Assembly: GCA_937900965.1 (NCBI GenBank)
Contig: CALCGJ010000056.1
Coordinates: forward strand, 1-61,410
DNA length: 61,410 nt
Direction: 5' to 3'
From: an uncultured Bacteroidota bacterium
GTDB lineage: Bacteria; Bacteroidota; Bacteroidia; Bacteroidales; FEN-979
Under the pieces are notes generated by a model. The model was given only the letters and a program-made list of their open reading frames with translations. It was not told the origin of the DNA and did no database searches. Positions 28,934 through 37,665 of this stretch are shown here, piece after piece; position 1 is the first letter of the stretch, and each line of letters starts with the position of its first letter. Position numbers and translations under genes: made by a program.

Positions 28934-29686
28934 ATGAAAAAGCTGGGGACATATCTAATTTCGGTTTATTTCTGGATCGAGATGTTCGGGAGTTCTGCGA
29001 TCTTGTTTCCGGTAGCAGTTCTGATCTGGCTGGTTACCATGCCTTTCGATAGCAGACGATATTATTTGCACCAGTTCTCATGCACTTGGTCCAACCTGGC
29101 TTTCTGGTTAAACCCGTTATGGCGCTTAACCGTTTCCGGTAAGGATAAGATCGATAAAAAAGGGACTTATGTGATTGTCTCAAACCATCAGTCGGGGGCA
29201 GATATCCTGGTACTTTTCACCCTTCGACTGCATTTCAAATGGGTAGCAAAACGAATCCTTTTCTTTACCCCCTTTCTTGGATGGAACATGGCCATGAACC
29301 GTTACATTGCACTTCGAAGAGGGAAGAAATCGAGTATGCACCGGATGATGGAGAAGTCAAAGGAAGGATTGTTGCAAGGCAATTCTATGATGATCTTTCC
29401 TGAAGGGACCCGGTCTAAGGATGGACAACTGCAACCCTTCAGGAGTGGAGCATTCCACCTGGCTCTAAACGCTCAAATCCCAATTCTGCCAATCGTCATC
29501 AAAGGTACATCTAAAGCCATCCGCAAAGGGGGATTCCTGATCTCAAAACAGCATGATCTGAGGGTGGTGATTCTTGATCCGATCCCTTATAACTCGTTCA
29601 AAGATATGGAACCGAAACAGCTTGCGGAAATTGTACATAATCGAATTGAGGATGAACTAACCTCAGCCCCAGAAACCCTTTCCTGA
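28934..29686 (+). CDS. plsC: 1-acyl-sn-glycerol-3-phosphate acyltransferase
   Basis: NHQSGAD (HX4D), IFPEGTRS, PILPIVI. Confidence 0.85.
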   Translation: MKKLGTYLISVYFWIEMFGSSAILFPVAVLIWLVTMPFDSRRYYLHQFSCTWSNLAFWLNPLWRLTVSGKDKIDKKGTYVIVSNHQSGADILVLFTLRLHFKWVAKRILFFTPFLGWNMAMNRYIALRRGKKSSMHRMMEKSKEGLLQGNSMMIFPEGTRSKDGQLQPFRSGAFHLALNAQIPILPIVIKGTSKAIRKGGFLISKQHDLRVVILDPIPYNSFKDMEPKQLAEIVHNRIEDELTSAPETLS

Positions 29687-29771
29687 AGAAACTACCTCAC
29701 CCCCGACACCCTTTCCTGAAGGATCAAAATCACCTCACCCCCTAACCCCCTCTCCTGAAGGAGATGGGGGA
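29660..29771. repeat. Three tandem degenerate copies of ACCTCACCCCC..ACCC.TCTCCTGAAG; only the last keeps its GGAGA.GGGGG closing arm
   Basis: Units at 29660-29688, 29694-29721 and 29732-29771, between convergent plsC and mqnE. Confidence 0.75.
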
Positions 29772-29773
29772 TA

Positions 29774-30892
29774 TTAAAGATGATTGTAAAGCGAATCGCG
29801 CTCAATGGGTTCCCGTTTTGCCTCCCGGATGAATTCCTGCATTTCAGAAACAGTAAATACCGGGTTCTGGTCTTCGGCACCAGCCAGGGAGTAAATCTTT
29901 GTGGAGTCGTTGATGGTACCATCCATGTCATCCACTCCAAATGAGAGGGAAATGCGGGCGTTTTGTTTCCCGATGGCCGGCCAGTAAGCTTTCAGATGTC
30001 GGATGTTATCCAGGTAAATCCGCGATACAGCATAGTTCCGCATATCCTCTGTGATCGCTACTTCTGAAAGCCCTTCCATCTCGTTATTCCAGTTCTTGAA
30101 CTTCAGAGGGATAAAGGCATTGAACCCATTTGTCAGGTCCTGTAGTTGCCGCAATCTCTCCATATGGTCGATTCGGTGAGTAAAGGTCTCAACGTGACCG
30201 TAAAGCATAGTTGCATTTGAGGAGATCCCAAGCTGGTGAGCAGTTTCATGAATTTCCAGCCAGGTGTCAGAAGAGGATTTCATGCCGGCGATATCCCTGC
30301 GAATCGTCTCCTCGAAGATCTCAGCTCCCCCTCCCGGGATGGACCCCAGTCCACACTCTTTCAGATAGATCAATCCGTTTTCAAAAGAGAGCTTCGCTTT
30401 GGTGATCATGTAGTCTAACTCAACTGCAGAGTAAGCTTTGATATGTAACGTTGGCCTGAGCTCTCTGATTGCTTTCAGAATCTCTCCATAGTAGTACAGA
30501 TCACGGCCCGGATGTACAGCTCCGGTGATGTGGAGTTCCTGGACGTCGGTTGCCTGGCTATTGACTTTCTGAAGGATCTGCTCCAGTGAAAGCTCCCATT
30601 GTTCTTCGCTGAAATGGTGTGAGAAAGAGCAGAAACGACATTTGTTCACACAAATATTTGTAGGCTCAATGTGAAAATTCCGGATGAAAAAAACCTGGTT
30701 GCCGTTATGCCGTTGCCTGACGACCTCAGCCACCATACCCAGCCATCCAAGTTCCCCGTGTTCATATAGCCAAAGACCCTCTTCGGGCGTCAATCGGGAG
30801 TTTGACATCACTTTACCGACAATGATCCTGGATTCCCGGGAGGAATTTGATGTTAGAAGATGTTCGTTATTCAATGTTGAGTCTTTTTTCAA
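29774..30892 (-). CDS. mqnE: Aminofutalosine synthase (CofH/MqnE radical SAM)
   Basis: HIEPTNICVNKCRFCSF (CX3CX2C), IPGGGAEIF, SNATMLYGHVET, FNAFIPLKF, HLKAYWP, FGVDDMDGTI. Confidence 0.85.
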   Translation of the reverse strand: MKKDSTLNNEHLLTSNSSRESRIIVGKVMSNSRLTPEEGLWLYEHGELGWLGMVAEVVRQRHNGNQVFFIRNFHIEPTNICVNKCRFCSFSHHFSEEQWELSLEQILQKVNSQATDVQELHITGAVHPGRDLYYYGEILKAIRELRPTLHIKAYSAVELDYMITKAKLSFENGLIYLKECGLGSIPGGGAEIFEETIRRDIAGMKSSSDTWLEIHETAHQLGISSNATMLYGHVETFTHRIDHMERLRQLQDLTNGFNAFIPLKFKNWNNEMEGLSEVAITEDMRNYAVSRIYLDNIRHLKAYWPAIGKQNARISLSFGVDDMDGTINDSTKIYSLAGAEDQNPVFTVSEMQEFIREAKREPIERDSLYNHL

Positions 30893-32730
30893 AGCTTGAT
30901 GATTCTACCCGTAATAACCTGCTCATCTAAAGAGATTCTAAGCAGGTAAAAGCCACCAGGAAGAGTTGAGGTATCAAGCGTAATCTGATTGGTCCCATTA
31001 CCTTGTTTGACTACCGTCATGACTGGCCTTCCCCATGAATCCAAAAGGGTGATATAGACAAGATCCTGGTTCAAAAAGATGATGGATTTCAGGTGCAGGA
31101 TGTCTGATGCCGGGTTCGGATAAATCTTCAATTCGGTGGGACCTATTTCGGCTTCAGGGATATTCAACGAGATTCCGTCAAGTACCATCACACCAGTGTT
31201 GTCGGGATCAATCCAATAATCAAGTCGCCTTGATGAATCTGCACCATTCAGGTCCCAGGAATAGCTAAACTTTCCGTAGTAATCAGGTTGATCAAGGAAA
31301 CTTGAATCACATGAGGCATCTCCACCGGTCAGAGCACCAACGATCCTCCTGGCCGGGTCAAAGAGCGGGGATCCGGAGGAGCCTCCTTCAGTCACCCCGT
31401 GACCACTGACGGTTTCTGCCCAAACCATCTCCCAGTGTGTCATCACCGGACCTCCAATCCAGCTTGAAGGAACCAGTGGAGTAATATAGGTTGATATTTT
31501 CTTGATATCTCCATCGGGATGATGAATGCCAACCCCATTCGGACTGGAGACATCCGCCCGATTCCAACCGTTGAACCATACATCAAAGGTATCGGGAACT
31601 GTTTGGTTTAATAACAGCAACAAGAAATCGGATCCACCAACGAATACATTTCCGCTGGCAGCTTTCACCACAGCTCCTGTCAGGGATCTGAAAACCGGGG
31701 CGAAAGGTGGATCCTCACAGGTGGGTGACTGGAATCCGAAATAAAAGATCCATTGGTTGATATCCTGCGGGGTTGCTCCTGTAACACAATGATCTGCTGT
31801 TAAGAAATAGGGCGATTTATCCTGCCGTGTATTGTTCAGCAGAGAGCCGGAACACCAGTAGGTGCCTCCATTCTTCTTCACACCGATCCGGGCAATCCCT
31901 TTTTGTTGATCCAGCCAGAGATTGCCTTCAGGACAGTGAACATTCACCTCACATGGGCCTGAAGTACCAAATCCAATTCTGTCAACTGCCTCAGGAACAC
32001 CACGATAGGCATAGGCAATTTCAGATATATGCAGCACCGGAAAACCAGATGTCTGTACAGGCTGGTTATATTCCAGTGTAATTTGATCACCAGGGATCAA
32101 AGCGGTAGAGAATAGCTCTGCCGTGTTATTGTTTAATTCCGTAAACGCTCCCAGCACCCTGGATTTATCACGATTGTATATAAAAAGCCGGCCTCCGGCA
32201 GGTATCTTAAACCTGTCAAAATAGAGGGTAATAGCTTTGGCCCCGGGGGCCTGAATTGTACAAAGCCAAAGACGATCGCCGGAGGGAAGTTTTTTCAAGG
32301 ATCCGCAATTCGGGATCCGCGATTCGGGATACGTGATATGGGATGCCGGATGCCGTTGCCGCGTCGCTCCTGCTTCTCCCGAGTACTCGGGATCGCAGCT
32401 TCGGCTCCTCGCAATGACATTAGTGCCCATTAACTGCTCACTGCTGGCTGCCAACTGCTCACTGATCCCCACGTCCACTTGCAGGTTGACAGCAAACCGG
32501 TATGGGACAGGATGCAGAAGATCCTCTTCGGCCACCGCATCCAAATCGGGAGGCGTCAGAATTAAATCAACGGAAAGAGGTTGACCGGATTTCAGATTAA
32601 AACTCCACGGAGTTCCTCCCCGGTTCAACTGCGCGGAAGAAATTACAGGCTCCATGAGACATACCATGAGCATCAACATCCCGGCGAAGACATGTTTCAT
32701 GCAGATCAGTATATCCCTGGTCTTATTCAA
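30889..32730 (-). CDS. Lysyl-endopeptidase-like (trypsin fold) serine protease with T9SS CTD (start may be 32700)
   Basis: CSGSLLNN, LTADHC, SDFLLL, GIHHPDGDIKKIS, TEGGSSGSPLF; CTD IYPNPA...GFYLLRI. Confidence 0.85.
   Translation of the reverse strand: MNKTRDILICMKHVFAGMLMLMVCLMEPVISSAQLNRGGTPWSFNLKSGQPLSVDLILTPPDLDAVAEEDLLHPVPYRFAVNLQVDVGISEQLAASSEQLMGTNVIARSRSCDPEYSGEAGATRQRHPASHITYPESRIPNCGSLKKLPSGDRLWLCTIQAPGAKAITLYFDRFKIPAGGRLFIYNRDKSRVLGAFTELNNNTAELFSTALIPGDQITLEYNQPVQTSGFPVLHISEIAYAYRGVPEAVDRIGFGTSGPCEVNVHCPEGNLWLDQQKGIARIGVKKNGGTYWCSGSLLNNTRQDKSPYFLTADHCVTGATPQDINQWIFYFGFQSPTCEDPPFAPVFRSLTGAVVKAASGNVFVGGSDFLLLLLNQTVPDTFDVWFNGWNRADVSSPNGVGIHHPDGDIKKISTYITPLVPSSWIGGPVMTHWEMVWAETVSGHGVTEGGSSGSPLFDPARRIVGALTGGDASCDSSFLDQPDYYGKFSYSWDLNGADSSRRLDYWIDPDNTGVMVLDGISLNIPEAEIGPTELKIYPNPASDILHLKSIIFLNQDLVYITLLDSWGRPVMTVVKQGNGTNQITLDTSTLPGGFYLLRISLDEQVITGRIIKL
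32298..32464 (-). repeat. In-frame compound insert (heptamers plus RPE-like arm with nested palindrome) in the protease prodomain
   Basis: Minus strand: GAGCAGT/GGCAGC heptamers, GTCATTGCGAGGAGCCGAAG[CTGCGATCCCGAGTACTCGGGAGAAGCAG]GAGCGACGCGGCAA, then ATCCCGN heptamers. Confidence 0.85.
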
Positions 32731-35284
32731 TTATTGTAACTTTTTTTACAATCGTTTCTGATTCCCAGGTTATGACCAGATAATAGAGCCCGGGACGAAA
32801 CCCACTTGTAGAAATCATTGTCCCGTTTCCGCTGGAATATTCAGCATGCAGAGTTTGACCCATAGTGTTAACCATTCGGATCTCCATATCCCCGGTGTGA
32901 CCTCCTGCGAAGTTCACAAAAACTTTATCCCTGGCAGGATTAGGGAATACTGTAACAGACCTGCTCTCTTTCTCGTCTTCAATCCCTACGTTCCCGCTAA
33001 TCTCAATATCGTCGATCATGAAGATGAAGATGTCGTTGGAGACACACTGGATCCCTACATAGGCTGCCTGGTTAGCGAATGCGCCAAGGCTGAACGTTTT
33101 TTCAGTCCATATCGCGGGAGCCGTTTCAGCCCCTCCATTATTGACAATGATAAAATCGTTGGGGTTGACCCCTGTTGTGGAGACACCTATATTAAACTCT
33201 TCCAGACCGTACTCGTCAGAGTAAGATTGCACCCATAAGGAGATGGCTGGATTACTCCCAAACTGCATCTGGGGCGAGATCAGCCATTTGTTATTTGGAT
33301 TGTTGGGAGGGTAAGAAGAAAAACATGCCCCCAGTTTTGACCCTGAATGAGCTGCCATATTTGTGAGTGGTGGGGTGGTTTGTTCCGGATTAAAACAGAT
33401 ATATGAAAAGGTCTCTCCACTGTGAGGGAAACCGATGTTCTCTATGTTATATGTGTTACCGCCATTTACATCTTCTACTGTCCATGGAGCGAAATTTGTT
33501 GTAAAATCAGCCAACCCTTCAAAATCCAGGGTCATATAGGATGGCAATCCTCCCTGTCCCTCCGGTTTTACCTCCAGATCGTCGATCATGAAGATAAAGG
33601 CATCATTCGAAACACATTGAATTGCTAAATAAACTTCCTGGTTGTCGTATGCAGAGAGGTCATACGTTTGTTTTGTCCATTGGGTTGGCGCTTCCATGTA
33701 TATTCCCGGAGAGATAATGGTAAAACTCCCGGGATCGTTTGTGGTGGTAGAGATCCCAACTTTATAGCGTTCCAGCCCAAATTCTTCAGTATATGACTTG
33801 ACCCAGAAGGAGAACTCACCACCTGTCAGAAGCTGAATCTTAGGGGAGATAAACCAATCGTTATTCGGAGGATTGACTGCAGAGAAACAGGCGCCGAAAT
33901 GATTTCCCGTATGTGGCTGTATATTCGGGTCAGCATTCATCGGAGGGCTGACCTGGGTCGGATTAAAACAAATAAACGCCATTTGCTCGCCTGAATGCTG
34001 GAAGGTGTGATTGGTTATCTGGTAGGTCAGGCTGCCGTCCACATCATCCGCAGTCCAGGAATCGAAGGTTAGAGAGAAAGCCGGGATGCCTTCAAAATCC
34101 ATCGTGACATCACCTGGCGGAGGTGGGATCTGATTAGGGATGATATTAAATATTGCCCCCTGATTGTCGTTAAAAGTGTTCGTGCCAGGTGTCAGATCGT
34201 TTGTGTAAAAATAGCCATCCAGGTAGCCTCCCCATCCCCAGTTGAAGTGCAGGAAATCGGCCCCCTGGTAACCGTCACATACAAAGAAATGGCCGCTCTC
34301 GCCATTATCATTTCCATAGTAAATCAATGGACGTCCGTTATCCAGTTCTCCGGCCAACAGCGAGGTCCAGTTGGCGGGGGTGAAGGATGCTTTCCATTTC
34401 CAGTTGATCGAGGAGTTGTAATCGAAGTATGTGCTAAAAGCCACATCTATAGCAGAGGCATAGGAGGAGGATATGGCAGGACCAAAATTCATATCCTGAG
34501 AAACTCCGCAATCGTATATCAGTTGGGAAACTTGCTGGTTCTGTGAAGTAAGCTCCGTTGGCATGGCACTATACTGATAGGTAGCCGCTGCAAAATTGGC
34601 AGATAAATTTCCGTATACAGGATGGAAATAAGAGTGAGAACCAACCCCGTGTAAAGGAGATCCCCAGAACTTAATGATCTGAGCCATGGCTGTGGCACCG
34701 CATCCTGTGAGTGCATGGAAACAAGAGTTGACGGCACTGGCATCATCCGGACAATCCTCGTTGTAGAAACACCCCTGATCCCAGGTGGTTTGAACCATTG
34801 GCTCAACTCCTGAGAAATGTTTTGTTCTTATGTAGGCCGGGTCGGATAAAATCGCCCATGACTCTTTAATTTCCTGTGATGCCGCAAGATCCTGATCCAA
34901 CACATACAGGATCTGCTCTTTCATATGGTTCATGAACCATTCAAAGGCTGGTGCCGGTGCTCTGTAAGGAGAGTATTCACCTGAGAAAGCATAGGCCAGA
35001 AGAGGTGTAATCCGGTCATCAGCAGAAACAACAATGAATCCGTGCTCAGTATTCACATTGAAGATGTAAAAGAGAAGTTCTCCATTCTCCAACACCTCAA
35101 ACGGTTCGCTAATAGAAGCATTTACATCCCCTTTTGCTGTCATTGGCAACCGTTCCAGGTATGCGTTCATGGCAACCTTGCGGGCTTGTTGTTGCGGGAC
35201 CTTCCCGGCCATACATACCAATCCGGCTAAAAGGAAAAGCAGTCCGGCAAAAAGAGATGTTTTTGTTCTCATGGCATTTGCCAT
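32723..35284 (-). CDS. C10 family cysteine peptidase with Spi-like prodomain, two cleaved-adhesin-like domains and T9SS CTD
   Basis: GFIVVSADD, TTWDQG, TGCGATAMAQ (Cys), GHFFVCDGY (His), HFNWGWGG; duplicated NNxWxISP...IQCVSND.FIFMIDD domains. Confidence 0.9.
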   Translation of the reverse strand: MANAMRTKTSLFAGLLFLLAGLVCMAGKVPQQQARKVAMNAYLERLPMTAKGDVNASISEPFEVLENGELLFYIFNVNTEHGFIVVSADDRITPLLAYAFSGEYSPYRAPAPAFEWFMNHMKEQILYVLDQDLAASQEIKESWAILSDPAYIRTKHFSGVEPMVQTTWDQGCFYNEDCPDDASAVNSCFHALTGCGATAMAQIIKFWGSPLHGVGSHSYFHPVYGNLSANFAAATYQYSAMPTELTSQNQQVSQLIYDCGVSQDMNFGPAISSSYASAIDVAFSTYFDYNSSINWKWKASFTPANWTSLLAGELDNGRPLIYYGNDNGESGHFFVCDGYQGADFLHFNWGWGGYLDGYFYTNDLTPGTNTFNDNQGAIFNIIPNQIPPPPGDVTMDFEGIPAFSLTFDSWTADDVDGSLTYQITNHTFQHSGEQMAFICFNPTQVSPPMNADPNIQPHTGNHFGACFSAVNPPNNDWFISPKIQLLTGGEFSFWVKSYTEEFGLERYKVGISTTTNDPGSFTIISPGIYMEAPTQWTKQTYDLSAYDNQEVYLAIQCVSNDAFIFMIDDLEVKPEGQGGLPSYMTLDFEGLADFTTNFAPWTVEDVNGGNTYNIENIGFPHSGETFSYICFNPEQTTPPLTNMAAHSGSKLGACFSSYPPNNPNNKWLISPQMQFGSNPAISLWVQSYSDEYGLEEFNIGVSTTGVNPNDFIIVNNGGAETAPAIWTEKTFSLGAFANQAAYVGIQCVSNDIFIFMIDDIEISGNVGIEDEKESRSVTVFPNPARDKVFVNFAGGHTGDMEIRMVNTMGQTLHAEYSSGNGTMISTSGFRPGLYYLVITWESETIVKKVTIIE

Positions 35285-35302
35285 TGGGTTGAATATGTAA
35301 AA

Positions 35303-36697
35303 TTATCCTTCCGAATCCACGTGAGTGTTAGATGGTAGCTCCAGGCCGTAACCGGATGTTTTATCATCCCATTTTAGTAATAATGCAAAGATGAAACCGA
35401 TGATGCCAAAGCCAACGAACATAAGCATCGTGGGGGTATAGACAAGGTTTGCACCAGCTTCAATAGCTTCCGAATTAACCCCTGGGTTGGTGACATCGAG
35501 GATATAACCTGCAAGAATCGGTATAGCGAAAAGTCCTAGATTCTGCACGGAGAACATCGTACCATAGGCAGTTCCAATCCGGTGTTCGGGAACGATCTTT
35601 GCAACGGATGGCCACATGGCAGCGGGCACCAGGGAGAAAGCGATCCCGAGCAGTACCATAAGGACGTAGGGATTGAAGGTGGTAAGGGCAAAGAGTAGGT
35701 GGACCATCACCAACATCAGAGAGCCATAAATCATCAATGTGGCGCTTCTCCCTTTTTTATCGACAAACCAACCAAACAGGGGAGTAAAGAGAACTGTCCC
35801 GTATGGCAGAAGAGAGGCTATATCTCCACTGGCAGCCCGGGAAATTCCGAATTTATGGTAAAAGAAGTCAGGGGCGTATTTCAGAAAGGGAAAGACCGCA
35901 GCATAGAATGTGACACAGAGTAATGTGATAAATATAAACGACCTGTTGGTAAAGAGTTTGCCAAGATCGGAGAGTTTGAATTTCTCCTCAGCATCCATCA
36001 GTGAGGCCTGACTTTGAAACTGTCTGTCGATTTTCACATCAAACATGGTGTAGATCAGGAAAGAGAGAAAACCGATAAGGAGAAGCATCACAGCGAACCA
36101 GATGGGGAATGTCCAGAAATCGGGCATCACCAGGCGGGGGGACAGATTAAATGCAAGCGCTGTTCCAATACGGGCTATGCCAAGGTTTATAGCAAAAGCC
36201 AGGGCGATTTCGTATCCTTTGAACCACTTTACCAGAATCTTGCTTATCACCACAATACTTGTTTCGGCACCCAATCCGAAGATCAGCATACCCAGGGCCA
36301 TCATCTTGAGACCAGGAGAGTAACCGGTCCAGAAAGAGTTCAGGAAGGCATATCCCAATCCTCCATTATTGAAGTACTCTGTAGCCCCGTAGGCGGTGAA
36401 AAATGCACCGATTAACATAAAAACAGCGAAGAGCAGTCCGGTAGGCCGGATACCCATCTTATCCAGGATGATCCCGCCAAGGATGGCCATGAGAAGAAAC
36501 GTATTTGGGAAAGCATAAAACCCGGCAACAATGCCATAATCCTGTGAGCTGAAGTGGAGGTGCTCCTGCAGGATGGATTTCAGTGGTGAGAGGGCATCAT
36601 AAAAATAGTAGTTTGCAGCCATCAGAAAACTGACAAGCAGCATCATCGACCAGCGCATCCTGGCTGAATCCCTTAGTGTGGCTTTTAGTTTCTCCAT
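35303..36697 (-). CDS. MFS transporter
   Basis: About 12 TM segments; GGIILDKMGIR, FGLGAE, AFSLVPAAMWPSV; TAAATTTG box at 36731-36738. Confidence 0.85.
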   Translation of the reverse strand: MEKLKATLRDSARMRWSMMLLVSFLMAANYYFYDALSPLKSILQEHLHFSSQDYGIVAGFYAFPNTFLLMAILGGIILDKMGIRPTGLLFAVFMLIGAFFTAYGATEYFNNGGLGYAFLNSFWTGYSPGLKMMALGMLIFGLGAETSIVVISKILVKWFKGYEIALAFAINLGIARIGTALAFNLSPRLVMPDFWTFPIWFAVMLLLIGFLSFLIYTMFDVKIDRQFQSQASLMDAEEKFKLSDLGKLFTNRSFIFITLLCVTFYAAVFPFLKYAPDFFYHKFGISRAASGDIASLLPYGTVLFTPLFGWFVDKKGRSATLMIYGSLMLVMVHLLFALTTFNPYVLMVLLGIAFSLVPAAMWPSVAKIVPEHRIGTAYGTMFSVQNLGLFAIPILAGYILDVTNPGVNSEAIEAGANLVYTPTMLMFVGFGIIGFIFALLLKWDDKTSGYGLELPSNTHVDSEG

Positions 36698-36754
36698 TCG
36701 AAGCTCCTTTGGTTTTTATGTTGAAGGTCCCAAATTTACAATAAATTTTGTATG

Positions 36755-36762
36755 TATATTTG
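36755..36762 (+). promoter_or_regulatory. -7 promoter box 5 nt before the mqnB ATG (probable leaderless transcript), back-to-back with the MFS promoter
   Basis: TATATTTG-TTTCC-ATG. Confidence 0.55.
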
Positions 36763-36767
36763 TTTCC

Positions 36768-37463
36768 ATGAAGATCCTGATTGTCTCTGCAACCCATTTT
36801 GAGATCAAAAAGCTGATGGAGAGGAATGACCTTGTTGAAGTTATCCCCAACCACCTCTACCGCTTCAGCATGGTTCCGTTGCAGGTGGATTTGCTGAATA
36901 CAGGAATGGGGATGCTTCAGACAGCATTTTACCTGGGAAAAACAATGCAGGAAAGATCATATGATTTTGCATTAAATGCAGGTATCTGCGGAGCTTATCA
37001 CCCTGAGATACCCTTGGGGAGTGTTCTTCATATAACGGAAGAGGGACTTCCTGAACCAGGTGTTGAAGAGGAGGGTGCGTTCAGGAGTATTTTCGAGCTT
37101 GGGTTGATGCATTCTGATGCATTCCCATTCGAAGGCGGGAAACTGACAAACACGCTTGTTTCAGAATGGGAAGCCATCAACCGGTTACCTAAAGTTACCG
37201 GAAATTCTGTCAACACAATGCAAACTGATCCGGGAAAAATAAAGCGACTGACAACCCTTTTTCCAGCAGATGTGGAGACCATGGAGGGAGCCGCATTCCT
37301 GTTTGGCTGTCTTGTTGAAAAGATCCCCTGTGCCCAGATCCGAGCAGTATCGAATTATGTGGGTGAGCGGGATAAGACCAAATGGGAGGTCCGGCTTGCG
37401 CTAAAAAATCTTGATACAGTGTTGATGGAAGTGTTGGAAGAAATCATAGATTCTGGATCCTAG
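36768..37463 (+). CDS. mqnB: Futalosine hydrolase
   Basis: MKILIVSATHFEI, TGMGM..TAF, NAGICG, VETMEGAAF, QIRAVSNYVGERDK..W; adjacent to mqnD. Confidence 0.88.
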   Translation: MKILIVSATHFEIKKLMERNDLVEVIPNHLYRFSMVPLQVDLLNTGMGMLQTAFYLGKTMQERSYDFALNAGICGAYHPEIPLGSVLHITEEGLPEPGVEEEGAFRSIFELGLMHSDAFPFEGGKLTNTLVSEWEAINRLPKVTGNSVNTMQTDPGKIKRLTTLFPADVETMEGAAFLFGCLVEKIPCAQIRAVSNYVGERDKTKWEVRLALKNLDTVLMEVLEEIIDSGS

Positions 37464-37623
37464 ATCCTGGATCCTGGATGCTGGATGCTAGATGCTGGAT
37501 GCTGGATAATGACAAGAATGAGCATGAGTGACGAATGACATGAATTACCTTTTACATTTCTGACCTGATAACTGACAACTGACAACTGACTCCATGACCC
37601 CATGACCCCATGACCTCATGACC
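37449..37623 (+). repeat. Mosaic of four repeat families: GGAT(C/G)CT heptamers, AATGACAAG element, AACTGAC heptamers, CCATGACC octamers
   Basis: Read directly between mqnB and mqnD; includes the mqnB stop. Confidence 0.9.
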
Positions 37624-37665
37624 ATTAAAACAGATAAAACTAAATACAGTAAATCGTAAATCTCT

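Noticed and set aside
29660-29771. Mini CRISPR array
   Set aside because: The repeats are degenerate, the spacers are only 5 and 10 nt, and there are no cas genes; better explained as a triplicated hairpin element.
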